Source: Minisyncoccota bacterium (GTDB taxonomy: Bacteria; Patescibacteriota; Minisyncoccia; Phycocordibacterales; GWA1-40-21). From it: DNA of 64,000 nucleotides. The stretch spans positions 212,403 to 276,402 of the forward strand of contig JBAZRH010000001.1 in the NCBI GenBank assembly GCA_041663045.1, written 5' to 3'. The notes beneath the pieces are model-generated. The model searched no databases and had not been told where the DNA came from. It was given only the letters and a program-made list of their open reading frames with translations. Below are positions 32,039-40,171 of this stretch, piece by piece. Both the position numbers and the translations under genes were made by a program. Each line of letters begins with the position of its first letter. Position 1 is the first letter of the stretch.

Positions 32039-33319
32039 CTATAAAAGATTACAATTACTGAGATTAACAAAATCAAATCCTTCTTCTATAATTCCACTAA
32101 AATTGATTCGGGCTTTTGCACCCTTTATAATAATTAATTCATTAAATTGTGGATTAAATGTACAAAGAAGAAAGACTTTACTTTCTATATCTTTACTTAT
32201 AAAAACACGGTAGCCAGAGTTCGTTTCGTAAGGTTCCTTAATATCAAAAATATAACCGGTATCGTAGACCTCTGTTCCAGATATTGAATTAATAAAGTTC
32301 GACTTTTCTAAAGATGTAGAAAATTGCCTCAGTTTTCCTACTAAATCAAAGGCTGATTGTTTAGTAGAGGTTGAATTAGGATAAATTCGATTTTCTATAT
32401 TTTGATTGTCAGTGGATATATCTTTATTGATTTCTAAACTTGATATTTTATAGTTCACAGGACCAAGGGAGATACTATCTGGTTTGATTCCAAATATAAG
32501 ATATAAAAGAAAAAGTATTATAGGAATAACTATCATCATAAAGATTCCTTTATCTCTTGAAAAATGAAAAATAAATTTATTGTTTTTATCGACATTTACT
32601 TTAGATATTTTATCTGCAACGGCTTTATTATCTTCTTTCTCTCTTACTTTGACTTCTTTATTCGTTGATAATAAGACGCAATGATCCAGGCACACAAGAC
32701 TGTCAGTCACATTACGTATTTCGCCTTCAGTGGTTATGGTATCTCCAATTATTAATAAAGATACTTCTGGTATAGCTGGTAAATCAAAATTCAAGGCAAT
32801 ATTAACGTTATCATGATCTTTTATATAAAAAGAAACGTAATCACTCATAACTGAATCTCCAGAAATTATTTTCCCTGTGACTTTTATGTGGTGTCCACTG
32901 AAACTTGTCTTTAAAACATTTTTTTTCAATGCAAGAGGGGTAATCTTGATTAAATCAGTCATACGTTTTGGAGAAAAATCTCTTACAAACACTCCTTTTA
33001 TTGTTCCTTCTAATGTATTTTCTTTCAAATAATCTTCAAATAATACAAGGAACGGTTCGAAGTAGTCCCAAGCACTAACCCCTGTTGATGTTCTATAACT
33101 AGTAGCGAAATCATGTTGATCTACATGTACAGAGACGTGGTTATATTTCTTATCAAATTTTCTAAGTTTTAGAATCCAATTCTCACTTTTATAAGTATTT
33201 CTACTTACAAAATTAAGTATCTTGTTGGTCAGACCCATTAATTCATCAAAAGTCAGTAAGCCATCTTTGATTGCTTGCTTCTTACTATTAATTTCTTCGA
33301 TTAATTCATTGTTATTCAT
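32039..33319 (-). CDS. Hypothetical membrane protein with two probable OB-fold-like domains
   Basis: Two similar beta modules (IKVTGKI...EGEI...LDHC and DTGYI...SGII...LSNC) either side of one TM. Confidence 0.6.
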   Translation of the reverse strand: MNNNELIEEINSKKQAIKDGLLTFDELMGLTNKILNFVSRNTYKSENWILKLRKFDKKYNHVSVHVDQHDFATSYRTSTGVSAWDYFEPFLVLFEDYLKENTLEGTIKGVFVRDFSPKRMTDLIKITPLALKKNVLKTSFSGHHIKVTGKIISGDSVMSDYVSFYIKDHDNVNIALNFDLPAIPEVSLLIIGDTITTEGEIRNVTDSLVCLDHCVLLSTNKEVKVREKEDNKAVADKISKVNVDKNNKFIFHFSRDKGIFMMIVIPIILFLLYLIFGIKPDSISLGPVNYKISSLEINKDISTDNQNIENRIYPNSTSTKQSAFDLVGKLRQFSTSLEKSNFINSISGTEVYDTGYIFDIKEPYETNSGYRVFISKDIESKVFLLCTFNPQFNELIIIKGAKARINFSGIIEEGFDFVNLSNCNLL

Positions 33320-33423
33320 AAATTTTTACGCGACTCGAGCTGGAACTGTTGTCGGTTAAGCCCTGTAAGGCTTTTCTACTATTTCCATCCTAACATTTTG
33401 ACCATACTCAGACAGTATATAAA

Positions 33424-34200
33424 TTACTTGTTTCTATCTATCATGCGCAACTGTGCAACCAAAGTGTCTAAAAACCACAAAGCATCACGTTCTGTGGGAG
33501 TCGCGGAGTTTCCGGCATGACGAGCACCCGATGCATCTGAGGCAAATTGGTTAAGAGCTTCAAGTACTTTTTTCTGTTCCTTATGTATTTTATCTTGCTT
33601 TTCGAACTCCTTTATTGCATCACCAAATCTTGAAGCACCTGAATTTGCTTTCATATATCCTTCTGCAGCAACAAAAATATCTTTTACAATATCTTCCGGT
33701 TTCGATTTTCGTCCCATCAGATTTCCGACAGCTTGAAAAAATCTATCACAAAATTCTGGGTATGGAGCTAGGATAGATTTAGTAGAGTCAATTTTTTCTG
33801 CGCTGTCTTTATCAACAATAAGCACAACTCGCCCCTCTTTGTTAATTTCATATACAGAACCGGAAAGATTAAAAGCTTTGTAAGTTTCAACAATGACTTG
33901 AGGTCGTCTTGTGTAATATAACTCCTTGCTTAAATCTAAGAATATTTCTACAACAGTAAAGACTTCGTGAAATTTGCCTGTCTGAATAATATCAAGGGGA
34001 TTTTTGTTAGGAAATTCCTGATGAGTTTTGTATGTGAAATCATCCGGTTCTATTGACCACTGGTTATCATTACCGAGAGATACATTTCCGCCCACGAATT
34101 TTTCGACGATAACTAACAAACGATCACGAAGAGACTTGGAAACGTCTTCGTGTCCAGAGTATTCAACGACATATTCATTTCTTCTTGAGAAATAGGCCAT
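33424..34200 (-). CDS. AbiJ-NTD-like / abortive-infection-type protein
   Basis: YFSRR...LRDRL N-terminus; C-terminal ASDASGARHAG resembles the Abi-C/HEPN-like tail. Confidence 0.55.
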   Translation of the reverse strand: MAYFSRRNEYVVEYSGHEDVSKSLRDRLLVIVEKFVGGNVSLGNDNQWSIEPDDFTYKTHQEFPNKNPLDIIQTGKFHEVFTVVEIFLDLSKELYYTRRPQVIVETYKAFNLSGSVYEINKEGRVVLIVDKDSAEKIDSTKSILAPYPEFCDRFFQAVGNLMGRKSKPEDIVKDIFVAAEGYMKANSGASRFGDAIKEFEKQDKIHKEQKKVLEALNQFASDASGARHAGNSATPTERDALWFLDTLVAQLRMIDRNK

Positions 34201-34248
34201 GTTAATTAGATTATTCAAAACTATTCGGATTCCGATCTATGCTCTTGT

Positions 34249-34449
34249 TGGTTGAGGAACAGGGAATCTCTCCTTCGCCTCTCAGTTCGCCGTCGCTCAT
34301 TTCGGGCTGGGCACCAGCTCACGACTTCGCCTGCTGGCTCAGTATCGTTCCGCTGTTCTCGTCCCTGACGCAAGAGAAGTAGTTCTCTTGCTTCCCCCAG
34401 CAAAGCATTAATCTGAGGAAAGCTCCGCTTACTATTTAAATCTGCTTTG
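34249..34449 (-). repeat. tRNA-3'-derived element downstream of tRNA-Gln
   Basis: Split antisense copy of T-arm/acceptor (34355-34407) and a degenerate direct copy (34249-34270). Confidence 0.75.
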
Positions 34450-34520
34450 CTGGGGGACAGGGACTCGAACCCCGATACTCAGGACCAAAACCTGATGTCC
34501 TACCATTAGACGATCCCCCA
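34450..34520 (-). tRNA. tRNA-Gln(TTG)
   Basis: TGGGGGATCGTCTAATGGTAGGACATCAGGTTTTGGTCCTGAGTATCGGGGTTCGAGTCCCTGTCCCCCAG cloverleaf; CCA not encoded. Confidence 0.96.
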
Positions 34521-34624
34521 ATATTCAATTAGCTTGTAGAAAGTAGCTTTTTAGCTTCTTAGAACAAACTTATAGACTAGAATACTTCAAAAATGGACTT
34601 TTTTCAAGTCAAAAGTTATGAGAA

Positions 34625-34706
34625 TGGATTCCACTCTTCAGTGGAATGACAGAGAATATGAAATTCAAGGAGAGACCTTTTTATAGATTTAAGGTCTCAC
34701 CTTGAT
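34625..34706. repeat. Two intergenic REP-like palindromes
   Basis: TGGATTCCACTCTTCAGTGGAATGACAGA (related copy in truB) and CAAGGAGAGACCTT...AAGGTCTCACCTTG (related to the tgt insert). Confidence 0.7.
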
Positions 34707-34711
34707 TTCAA

Positions 34712-35764
34712 TTACCCTGTCAATTTTGCCAAAGCAAGCTCCAAAGGTAATTCCGGAATATACGCTTTTGCTGTCATATCATAATATCCGAGAAGGGCGA
34801 GTAAGGTGTCAGAATTGATTTTTGATGGTTTTCTTCCAGCCCGTCCGTCAGGATTAGGGTCGGCGAGAGATTTGAGGAATTTGAAATCGGTGTCGGTCAT
34901 TTCATCTTGTAGCTTCCATTCCGAGCCTTTCAGGTTTCGCAAGAGCAAAATAGAACGCATTTTGTGAAGGACAAGTTTGAAATACAAAAGCATATCTATA
35001 TTTGATTCTCTGGCCTTTGAAATCGCCGAAAGACCAAGCTCAAGATCGCCAGCATCTATGGCACGGATAAAATCATTGACCACCTCCGCTTTTGGCGCAC
35101 CTGTCACAAGCTCCACCTCTTCAGCAGAAATCTTTTTGTCTTTTGAAGCACTTATCACCTTTTGCAAAATACTTTGTGCGTCACGGAAAGAGCCGTCGCC
35201 AAGAAGAGCGATAAGGTCGGCAGATGAGGATTCTAGCGTATAGCCCTCCTTTTTTGCCATTACTACCACCAAATCTTTGAGAATCTTTTGCGTCGGTTTT
35301 TTAAATGAAAATGTCTGGCATCGGGAAATGATAGTCTCCGGAATTTTTTGATATTCTGTCGTGGCGAAAATAAAAATAACATGCTTTGGTGGCTCCTCGA
35401 TAGTCTTCAAAAGTGCATTCCAAGCGGACTTTGAAAGCATATGTGCCTCGTCTAAAATATAAACTTTATATTTTGATTCAAAAGGAAGTGTGTTTACAGA
35501 TTCATTGAGCGCACGGATATCATCTACGCCAGTATTTGAAGCAGCATCTATTTCTGTAATATCATTTGTGCTCGTGCCGATTTCTCTAGCAAAAATCCTT
35601 GCAACGCTTGTCTTGCCCGTCCCCCTTGAACCGGAAAAAATGTAGGCGTGGGCAATATGCCCAAGCTTGATAGAAGATTCCAAAACCTTCACAATATGAT
35701 CCTGCCCTAGGACCTCGCTAAATTTCTGCGGACGATATTTTCTGTATAAAGCTGTTTCGTGCAT
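34712..35764 (-). CDS. dnaX: DNA polymerase III subunit gamma/tau (short form)
   Basis: LYRKYRP, GSRGTGKTS, EIDAASN, DEAHMLS, SRCQ. Confidence 0.96.
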   Translation of the reverse strand: MHETALYRKYRPQKFSEVLGQDHIVKVLESSIKLGHIAHAYIFSGSRGTGKTSVARIFAREIGTSTNDITEIDAASNTGVDDIRALNESVNTLPFESKYKVYILDEAHMLSKSAWNALLKTIEEPPKHVIFIFATTEYQKIPETIISRCQTFSFKKPTQKILKDLVVVMAKKEGYTLESSSADLIALLGDGSFRDAQSILQKVISASKDKKISAEEVELVTGAPKAEVVNDFIRAIDAGDLELGLSAISKARESNIDMLLYFKLVLHKMRSILLLRNLKGSEWKLQDEMTDTDFKFLKSLADPNPDGRAGRKPSKINSDTLLALLGYYDMTAKAYIPELPLELALAKLTG

Positions 35765-35794
35765 AGGGAGATTATAACAGATTATTTTAATAAT

Positions 35795-36131
35795 AAAAAA
35801 GGGAGAGAAGATCACATGGACCTACCCTCCCTTACATGGTGACAACAAACCTGCTGTCTTAGGAGAAAGATTTACCGTGCCCTCTCCTCATGGACACTTT
35901 ATTACGGCAGCAATGTCACACGAACGGCTAAGTTCATATGATTCCTCCCTTCACTCAGTCTCGCCGGTTTGATCACGCCGTGAGCGAGGCGCGCGCATAG
36001 TCGGGGTTATGGTCGATACCAGACACCGGACCAGCACGAGGGGCCATATGTGTTTTCATTTTACTGTCCTTTCTTGACCTTTTGGGTCGGACCGAATCCA
36101 TTTCCGTGGCATCCACGGCTATGAATTATGC
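35795..36131 (-). ncRNA. Unit A: structured transcript with micro-ORFs
   Basis: TTGACT-17-TATTCT promoter (36166-36138); hairpin plus T6 terminator at about 35795-35833. Confidence 0.5.
35973..36059 (-). CDS. 28-aa micropeptide MKTHMAPRAGPVSGIDHNPDYARASLTA
   Basis: GAAAGGA SD; N-terminus similar to the ORF at 36250-36318. Confidence 0.45.
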   Translation of the reverse strand: MKTHMAPRAGPVSGIDHNPDYARASLTA

Positions 36132-36182
36132 CATATCAGAATAGTCCTTTCATTAGACTAAGTCAATTAATTTATGTTTATA

Positions 36183-36377
36183 AAATAAAAATCCACCCCA
36201 GCACTTGCCAGGGCGGATCGCATAGATCGCGCCGTCATTTCTATTCGGCCTAACGATCACTGCTATCGCCGAGCCTGTATTCAAACGGCCCAGCTATCGG
36301 ACTGTAATGAATCTTCATACGAGAGCCTCCTTCTGTGTGATTCACCATCATCCATCCAACACCAAAAGAACAGAGCG
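36183..36377 (-). ncRNA. Unit B: short transcript with micro-ORF
   Basis: TTGATT-17-TACAAT promoter (36412-36384); terminator ATCCGCCC...GGGTGGAT-TTTT. Confidence 0.5.
36250..36318 (-). CDS. 22-aa micropeptide MKIHYSPIAGPFEYRLGDSSDR
   Basis: AAGGAGG SD 7 nt upstream of ATG; shares MKxHxxPxAGP with the unit A peptide. Confidence 0.5.
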   Translation of the reverse strand: MKIHYSPIAGPFEYRLGDSSDR

Positions 36378-36431
36378 AATTCAATTGTATAATTAAAATA
36401 CCGCTTAATCAAAAACAAAAAGTGGATAATT

Positions 36432-37014
36432 AAAAAGGAGGCGTCCAGTGTTGTGCAAGTATCAGTTGCAGCATACACATAAACGCCCCTCAAGGACGAG
36501 CACATCTTATTTCGCCAACCCTCATCCGGCTGCATCAGCGAAACCAGGTGATTTTATTGTTCTTCCCAATCATCATTCACCATAATGATTGGGTATAGAG
36601 ACGAGGTCTCTAACAAGCAGGCTCATCTCGGGCCGCAGACTTGTTCAAACGAGGAGACGCAACACAACCATAAAGAACCTCCTAAGACACGTTACTCCAT
36701 CTCAGACCACCAATGCCAAGCACTAGTTATCAAATCTGAGAAGGTGAAGATCTCACGTTTCGCTCCAGATATATTTCACCCTGGAACTCTCGAGAGACCA
36801 GTACATCCGCTGATTCACAAACTTGCGCAAACGATTTACGTAAGGTAGCGAATCTGTCCGTAAACAACCCGCGCAAACCGCGAATCAGTTACTTACGAGT
36901 ACCTCCGTTCCAACCATTTCCTTAGAGTTACCGCTCCAAAGAATGATTTACCCGTCCCAAGTGTGAATTAAACATCGGCTATTCGCCTGACGAGTTTCAT
37001 ACCGAGACGAGATA
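36432..37014 (-). ncRNA. Unit C: ~580-nt multi-hairpin RNA candidate
   Basis: TTGACG-17-TAGAAT promoter (37049-37021); about 10 serial stems with G-U pairs on the minus strand; terminal stem plus T5. Confidence 0.55.
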
Positions 37015-37090
37015 GTAAAGATTCTATTCCTATCGAAGGGATGCGTCAATAGGCAATATATTTGAAAAGTTTATAAAAATTCTTGAAAAT

Positions 37091-37683
37091 AAGAAAACCG
37101 CCCAACTACTACCACTTGTAGTCGGACGGTCAAGACTGCGTAAACAATTATTTTTTTCAAGAAAGACCAAACTCTAAAGCTGTGGTGAACTTCAGAGCAC
37201 GCCCACACCTCGGAAGTTTGAAGCCGAGGTGTGTTTTTGATTAAAGGCGCATTTTTTTCTTTTTTTCGCATCCACTAACCCAAAACGTTTTCTGAATTAA
37301 CATACTTACGATTTGGGTACCAAGTCTTTATTCTCCTTTCCTAATTCCTGTGATTCAGTAGGCCGCGGCCGATGTTCGGCTACAGCATGCTGGAGGCGCC
37401 GATGGCGATTTTTGATAATTTTTGACTATGACGACTCGCCAACCGCGGAGGACTTGTCGTATGCATGTTTTTGCCTTTCTCTTTTTTGACCGTTTTCAGG
37501 ATGGTCTTCCTTTTCTGTAGGGCGCCACATAGACGTCGCAGAAATTTATTTAAAGAACTAAATTGGTGGATTGCTAAGCACTAGTTTCAAGCGCAGGGTT
37601 TTTCCTATTCCTATGTTAGGTGTAGGTGAATGCCACAAGACACTCTTCCCTATACCGGCCTGAAGATTTCACCAAGCAACCCG
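37091..37683 (-). ncRNA. Unit D: ~590-nt transcript with a 28-aa micro-ORF (37380-37466)
   Basis: TTGACT-16-TATACT promoter with extended TG (37717-37690); terminator ACCGTCCGACTAC...GTAGTTGGGCGGT-TTT. Confidence 0.45.
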
Positions 37684-37759
37684 AGGGTGAGTATAGCATA
37701 CCTAGCTTAAAAGTCAAGTGTTTTAGCCACTTTCTTTTTATATATGCAGAAATACGGCT

Positions 37760-38947
37760 CTATTTAGCCATATTATTAAATACCTTAATTATTTCAGCTA
37801 CTTCTTTTGAACTATTCGTTGCCATAAGTTTGACCCTCAACTCTTTTGCCCCATCAAAACCGGAAACATAGGCTTTGAAATGCTTTTTCATTACATCAAA
37901 TCGCTTGTGGTGAAGCATGGTTTTTTCAAAAAGTTTGGTGTGTTCTAAAAGCGCCTTTAATTTTTGTTCAACAGATATACCAGAATCATCCCGTACAATT
38001 TTAGGGGAATATCTGTTTGTCTTTAAATCAATATCACAGTGTCTTATTGTTTTCTTATTTTCAACTTTATCCTGTCGTGCAAATTTAACGGGACGCTCAA
38101 TTCGACTACCACGATAAGAATCGCGGGTCGAATTGGCGAATAACCACGGATTGCCGAAAATTCCCCTACCGATCATTATTCCATCAAAGCCAGATTCTCT
38201 GGCGAGTTCTCTTCCCTGCTTCAGGGAAATTACATCACCATTGCCTATCAATACCAGCTCCGGCTTTTGCTTCCGCACAAAATCCACAATCTCTTTTGCC
38301 AATTCCCAATGTGCAGGCACATCTGAAAGTTCTTTTCTTGTGCGGAGGTGTATTGTGAGAGCTGAAATATCTTCTTTCAGAATTTCAGTGAGCCACTCTT
38401 TGTATTCTATTTTATTAAAGCCGATTCTTGTCTTCACAGAAACTGGGATTTTGCCCGCACCTTTTATTGCTGAACGTATCACTTCCCTTGCAATCGCCGG
38501 ACTTTTCATCATTGCCGAGCCGGCACCCTGCTTTTCTACTTTTCTGTCTGGGCATCCCATATTTATATCAATGCCGTCAAAGCCGAGTTTGGAAATAAGC
38601 TTGCATGCGATTTCAATATTCTCAGGTTTGCTTCCAAAAATCTGTGCCACTATCGGTTTTTCGCCTTTCGAGAATTTCAAATCATTCAAAAGTCGCTTCC
38701 TACCTTTTTCTGAAGCAAGTCCGTCTGCCGAAACAAATTCAGTCCAAAAGACATCCGGCCCACCTGTGCCCGACACTCCGTGTTTAGGACGCCCAATACC
38801 GTGCTTGCTGTATTTTGCGATTATTTTCCTAAAGGGCGCATCTGTAACATCTGCCATCGGCGCCAAGCAGAAAAATGGTTTCTTTTTCGAAGCGATTTTT
38901 TGCCAAAAATTTTTCATTACTTCCGAGAATAACATTTTCGGTGTCAT
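37760..38947 (-). CDS. dus: tRNA-dihydrouridine synthase with two insertions
   Basis: LAPMADVTD, TEFVS, DINMGCP, GNGD, MIGRG..GNPW. Confidence 0.95.
   Translation of the reverse strand: MTPKMLFSEVMKNFWQKIASKKKPFFCLAPMADVTDAPFRKIIAKYSKHGIGRPKHGVSGTGGPDVFWTEFVSADGLASEKGRKRLLNDLKFSKGEKPIVAQIFGSKPENIEIACKLISKLGFDGIDINMGCPDRKVEKQGAGSAMMKSPAIAREVIRSAIKGAGKIPVSVKTRIGFNKIEYKEWLTEILKEDISALTIHLRTRKELSDVPAHWELAKEIVDFVRKQKPELVLIGNGDVISLKQGRELARESGFDGIMIGRGIFGNPWLFANSTRDSYRGSRIERPVKFARQDKVENKKTIRHCDIDLKTNRYSPKIVRDDSGISVEQKLKALLEHTKLFEKTMLHHKRFDVMKKHFKAYVSGFDGAKELRVKLMATNSSKEVAEIIKVFNNMAK
37988..38135. repeat. Composite in-frame insertion in dus (107-bp IR element plus hairpin)
   Basis: ATCCCGTACAATTT...AAATTTAACGGGAC, then CAATTCGAC...GTCGAATTG. 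Confidence 0.65.
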
Positions 38948-39027
38948 TTGACAATTTTCGATAAAGTGATAAAAATATTGAGGATATGCTGAAACATAAA
39001 GTTTTGGCTATAAAAAAGGAGATAGAA

Positions 39028-39540
39028 ATGTTCTTCAAAAAACTGTCAGTGGTCGTTCTGTGGGGTATGCTCTTGGCGTTCCTTTTGCTTTGCGTCTTTG
39101 CCAACAACAATAAACAGGATTTGGCATGGATGCTCGCTGGTCTCATCGGCGTGTCTGGAGTTATTTTGCTCCTGTGCTACATGACATTCCTCTCTGGAAA
39201 GAAGACTCCATTTGAAGCAGCGGAGCTGATATGCGACAGGCCGTATGAAGTATTGGCGGTCTGGGAAAGCGGGCCAGGTACCTACTCTGCTTTATTCAGG
39301 ACGCTAGTCTTGATAGGCGAAGAATACGACCCAAGAAAACACTCGGCGATAATCGTGGAACTATACGATGTAAGACCAAGTCGAGGTTATGTGATTCCGT
39401 ATCTGACACCGGCTCACACTCTTTCCTTCAGGGCTTTTGATGGAAATGTCTCGCAATCAAAATCGGGATATAAAATCGCGGCTTTGGCGGAAGACAGTGC
39501 GCCATTTGTCACAGGGATGACTGTTGTCCCACAACCATAA
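39028..39540 (+). CDS. Hypothetical 2-TM orphan protein
   Basis: AAGGAG SD; TTGACA promoter upstream; terminator at 39557-39588. Confidence 0.65.
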   Translation: MFFKKLSVVVLWGMLLAFLLLCVFANNNKQDLAWMLAGLIGVSGVILLLCYMTFLSGKKTPFEAAELICDRPYEVLAVWESGPGTYSALFRTLVLIGEEYDPRKHSAIIVELYDVRPSRGYVIPYLTPAHTLSFRAFDGNVSQSKSGYKIAALAEDSAPFVTGMTVVPQP

Positions 39541-39621
39541 TGAAAGATGTTCTAGTGCGGCGCCGTATCCTCGGCGCCGCCTTTTTTTGACCAAATTTCC
39601 AAAAAATGTTATTTTAATACT

Positions 39622-40167
39622 ATGGTAAAGAAAGCCAAGCAAATCGAAATACTTCAAAAAGATAACCCTGTTTTAAGACAAGTCTCTAAACCTATATCTG
39701 AAAAAGAAATATCCGGTACCGAAATCAAGAAAATCATTTCCGATATGAAAATAGCCCTAAATTCTCAAGAAGACGGTATTGCGATTTCTGCCGTTCAAAT
39801 CGGTTATTTATCAAGAATTTTTATAATTTCTAAGAAAATCTATGAAGTTTTAGGAGAAGCACCGGAAGTGGCCGGCAAGAAATCCGACCTTGTATTCATA
39901 AATCCAAAAATCAAGAAAGTTTCAAAAGACAAACAGCTTTTGGAAGAAGGTTGCCTTTCTGTAAGATATCTTTATGGCAAGGTTTTGCGTTCAGCAAAAG
40001 CCACCATCGAAGCGCTCGATGAAAACGGCAAAAAGTTTTCTCGAGGAGTCTCTGGACTTCTCGCGCAGATAGTTCAACATGAAAATGATCATTTGGACGG
40101 AATACTTTTTATAGACAAAGCTACTGATATTCAGGAAATATTGCCTGAGAGCATTAAGACGAAATAA
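39622..40167 (+). CDS. def: Peptide deformylase
   Basis: GIAISAVQIG, EGCLS, QHENDHLDG; directly upstream of fmt. Confidence 0.95.
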   Translation: MVKKAKQIEILQKDNPVLRQVSKPISEKEISGTEIKKIISDMKIALNSQEDGIAISAVQIGYLSRIFIISKKIYEVLGEAPEVAGKKSDLVFINPKIKKVSKDKQLLEEGCLSVRYLYGKVLRSAKATIEALDENGKKFSRGVSGLLAQIVQHENDHLDGILFIDKATDIQEILPESIKTK

Positions 40168-40171
40168 ATAA

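Noticed and set aside
34221-34403. 60-aa ORF MLGEARELL...
   Set aside because: Translation of the palindromic tRNA-associated element; not protein-like
34415-34432. GAGGAAAGCTCC resembling the RNase P GAGGAAAGUCC motif
   Set aside because: No matching P4 3' partner or room for the RNA; it lies within the tRNA-Gln downstream element
36281-37271. Track ORFs 36281-36535, 36585-36848 and 37071-37271
   Set aside because: No SD; they cross predicted terminators or promoters, or run antisense to the predicted units
35795-37683. tmRNA, RNase P or self-splicing intron as the identity of the gap
   Set aside because: No tRNA-Ala-like ends, no P4 motifs and no recognisable group I/II core; the region is partitioned by several promoters and terminators
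38133-38951. 272-aa plus-strand ORF and similar antisense ORFs (e.g. 3273-3749, 14980-15459, 47174-47809, 52685-53275)
   Set aside because: Shadow frames of well-supported genes on the opposite strand
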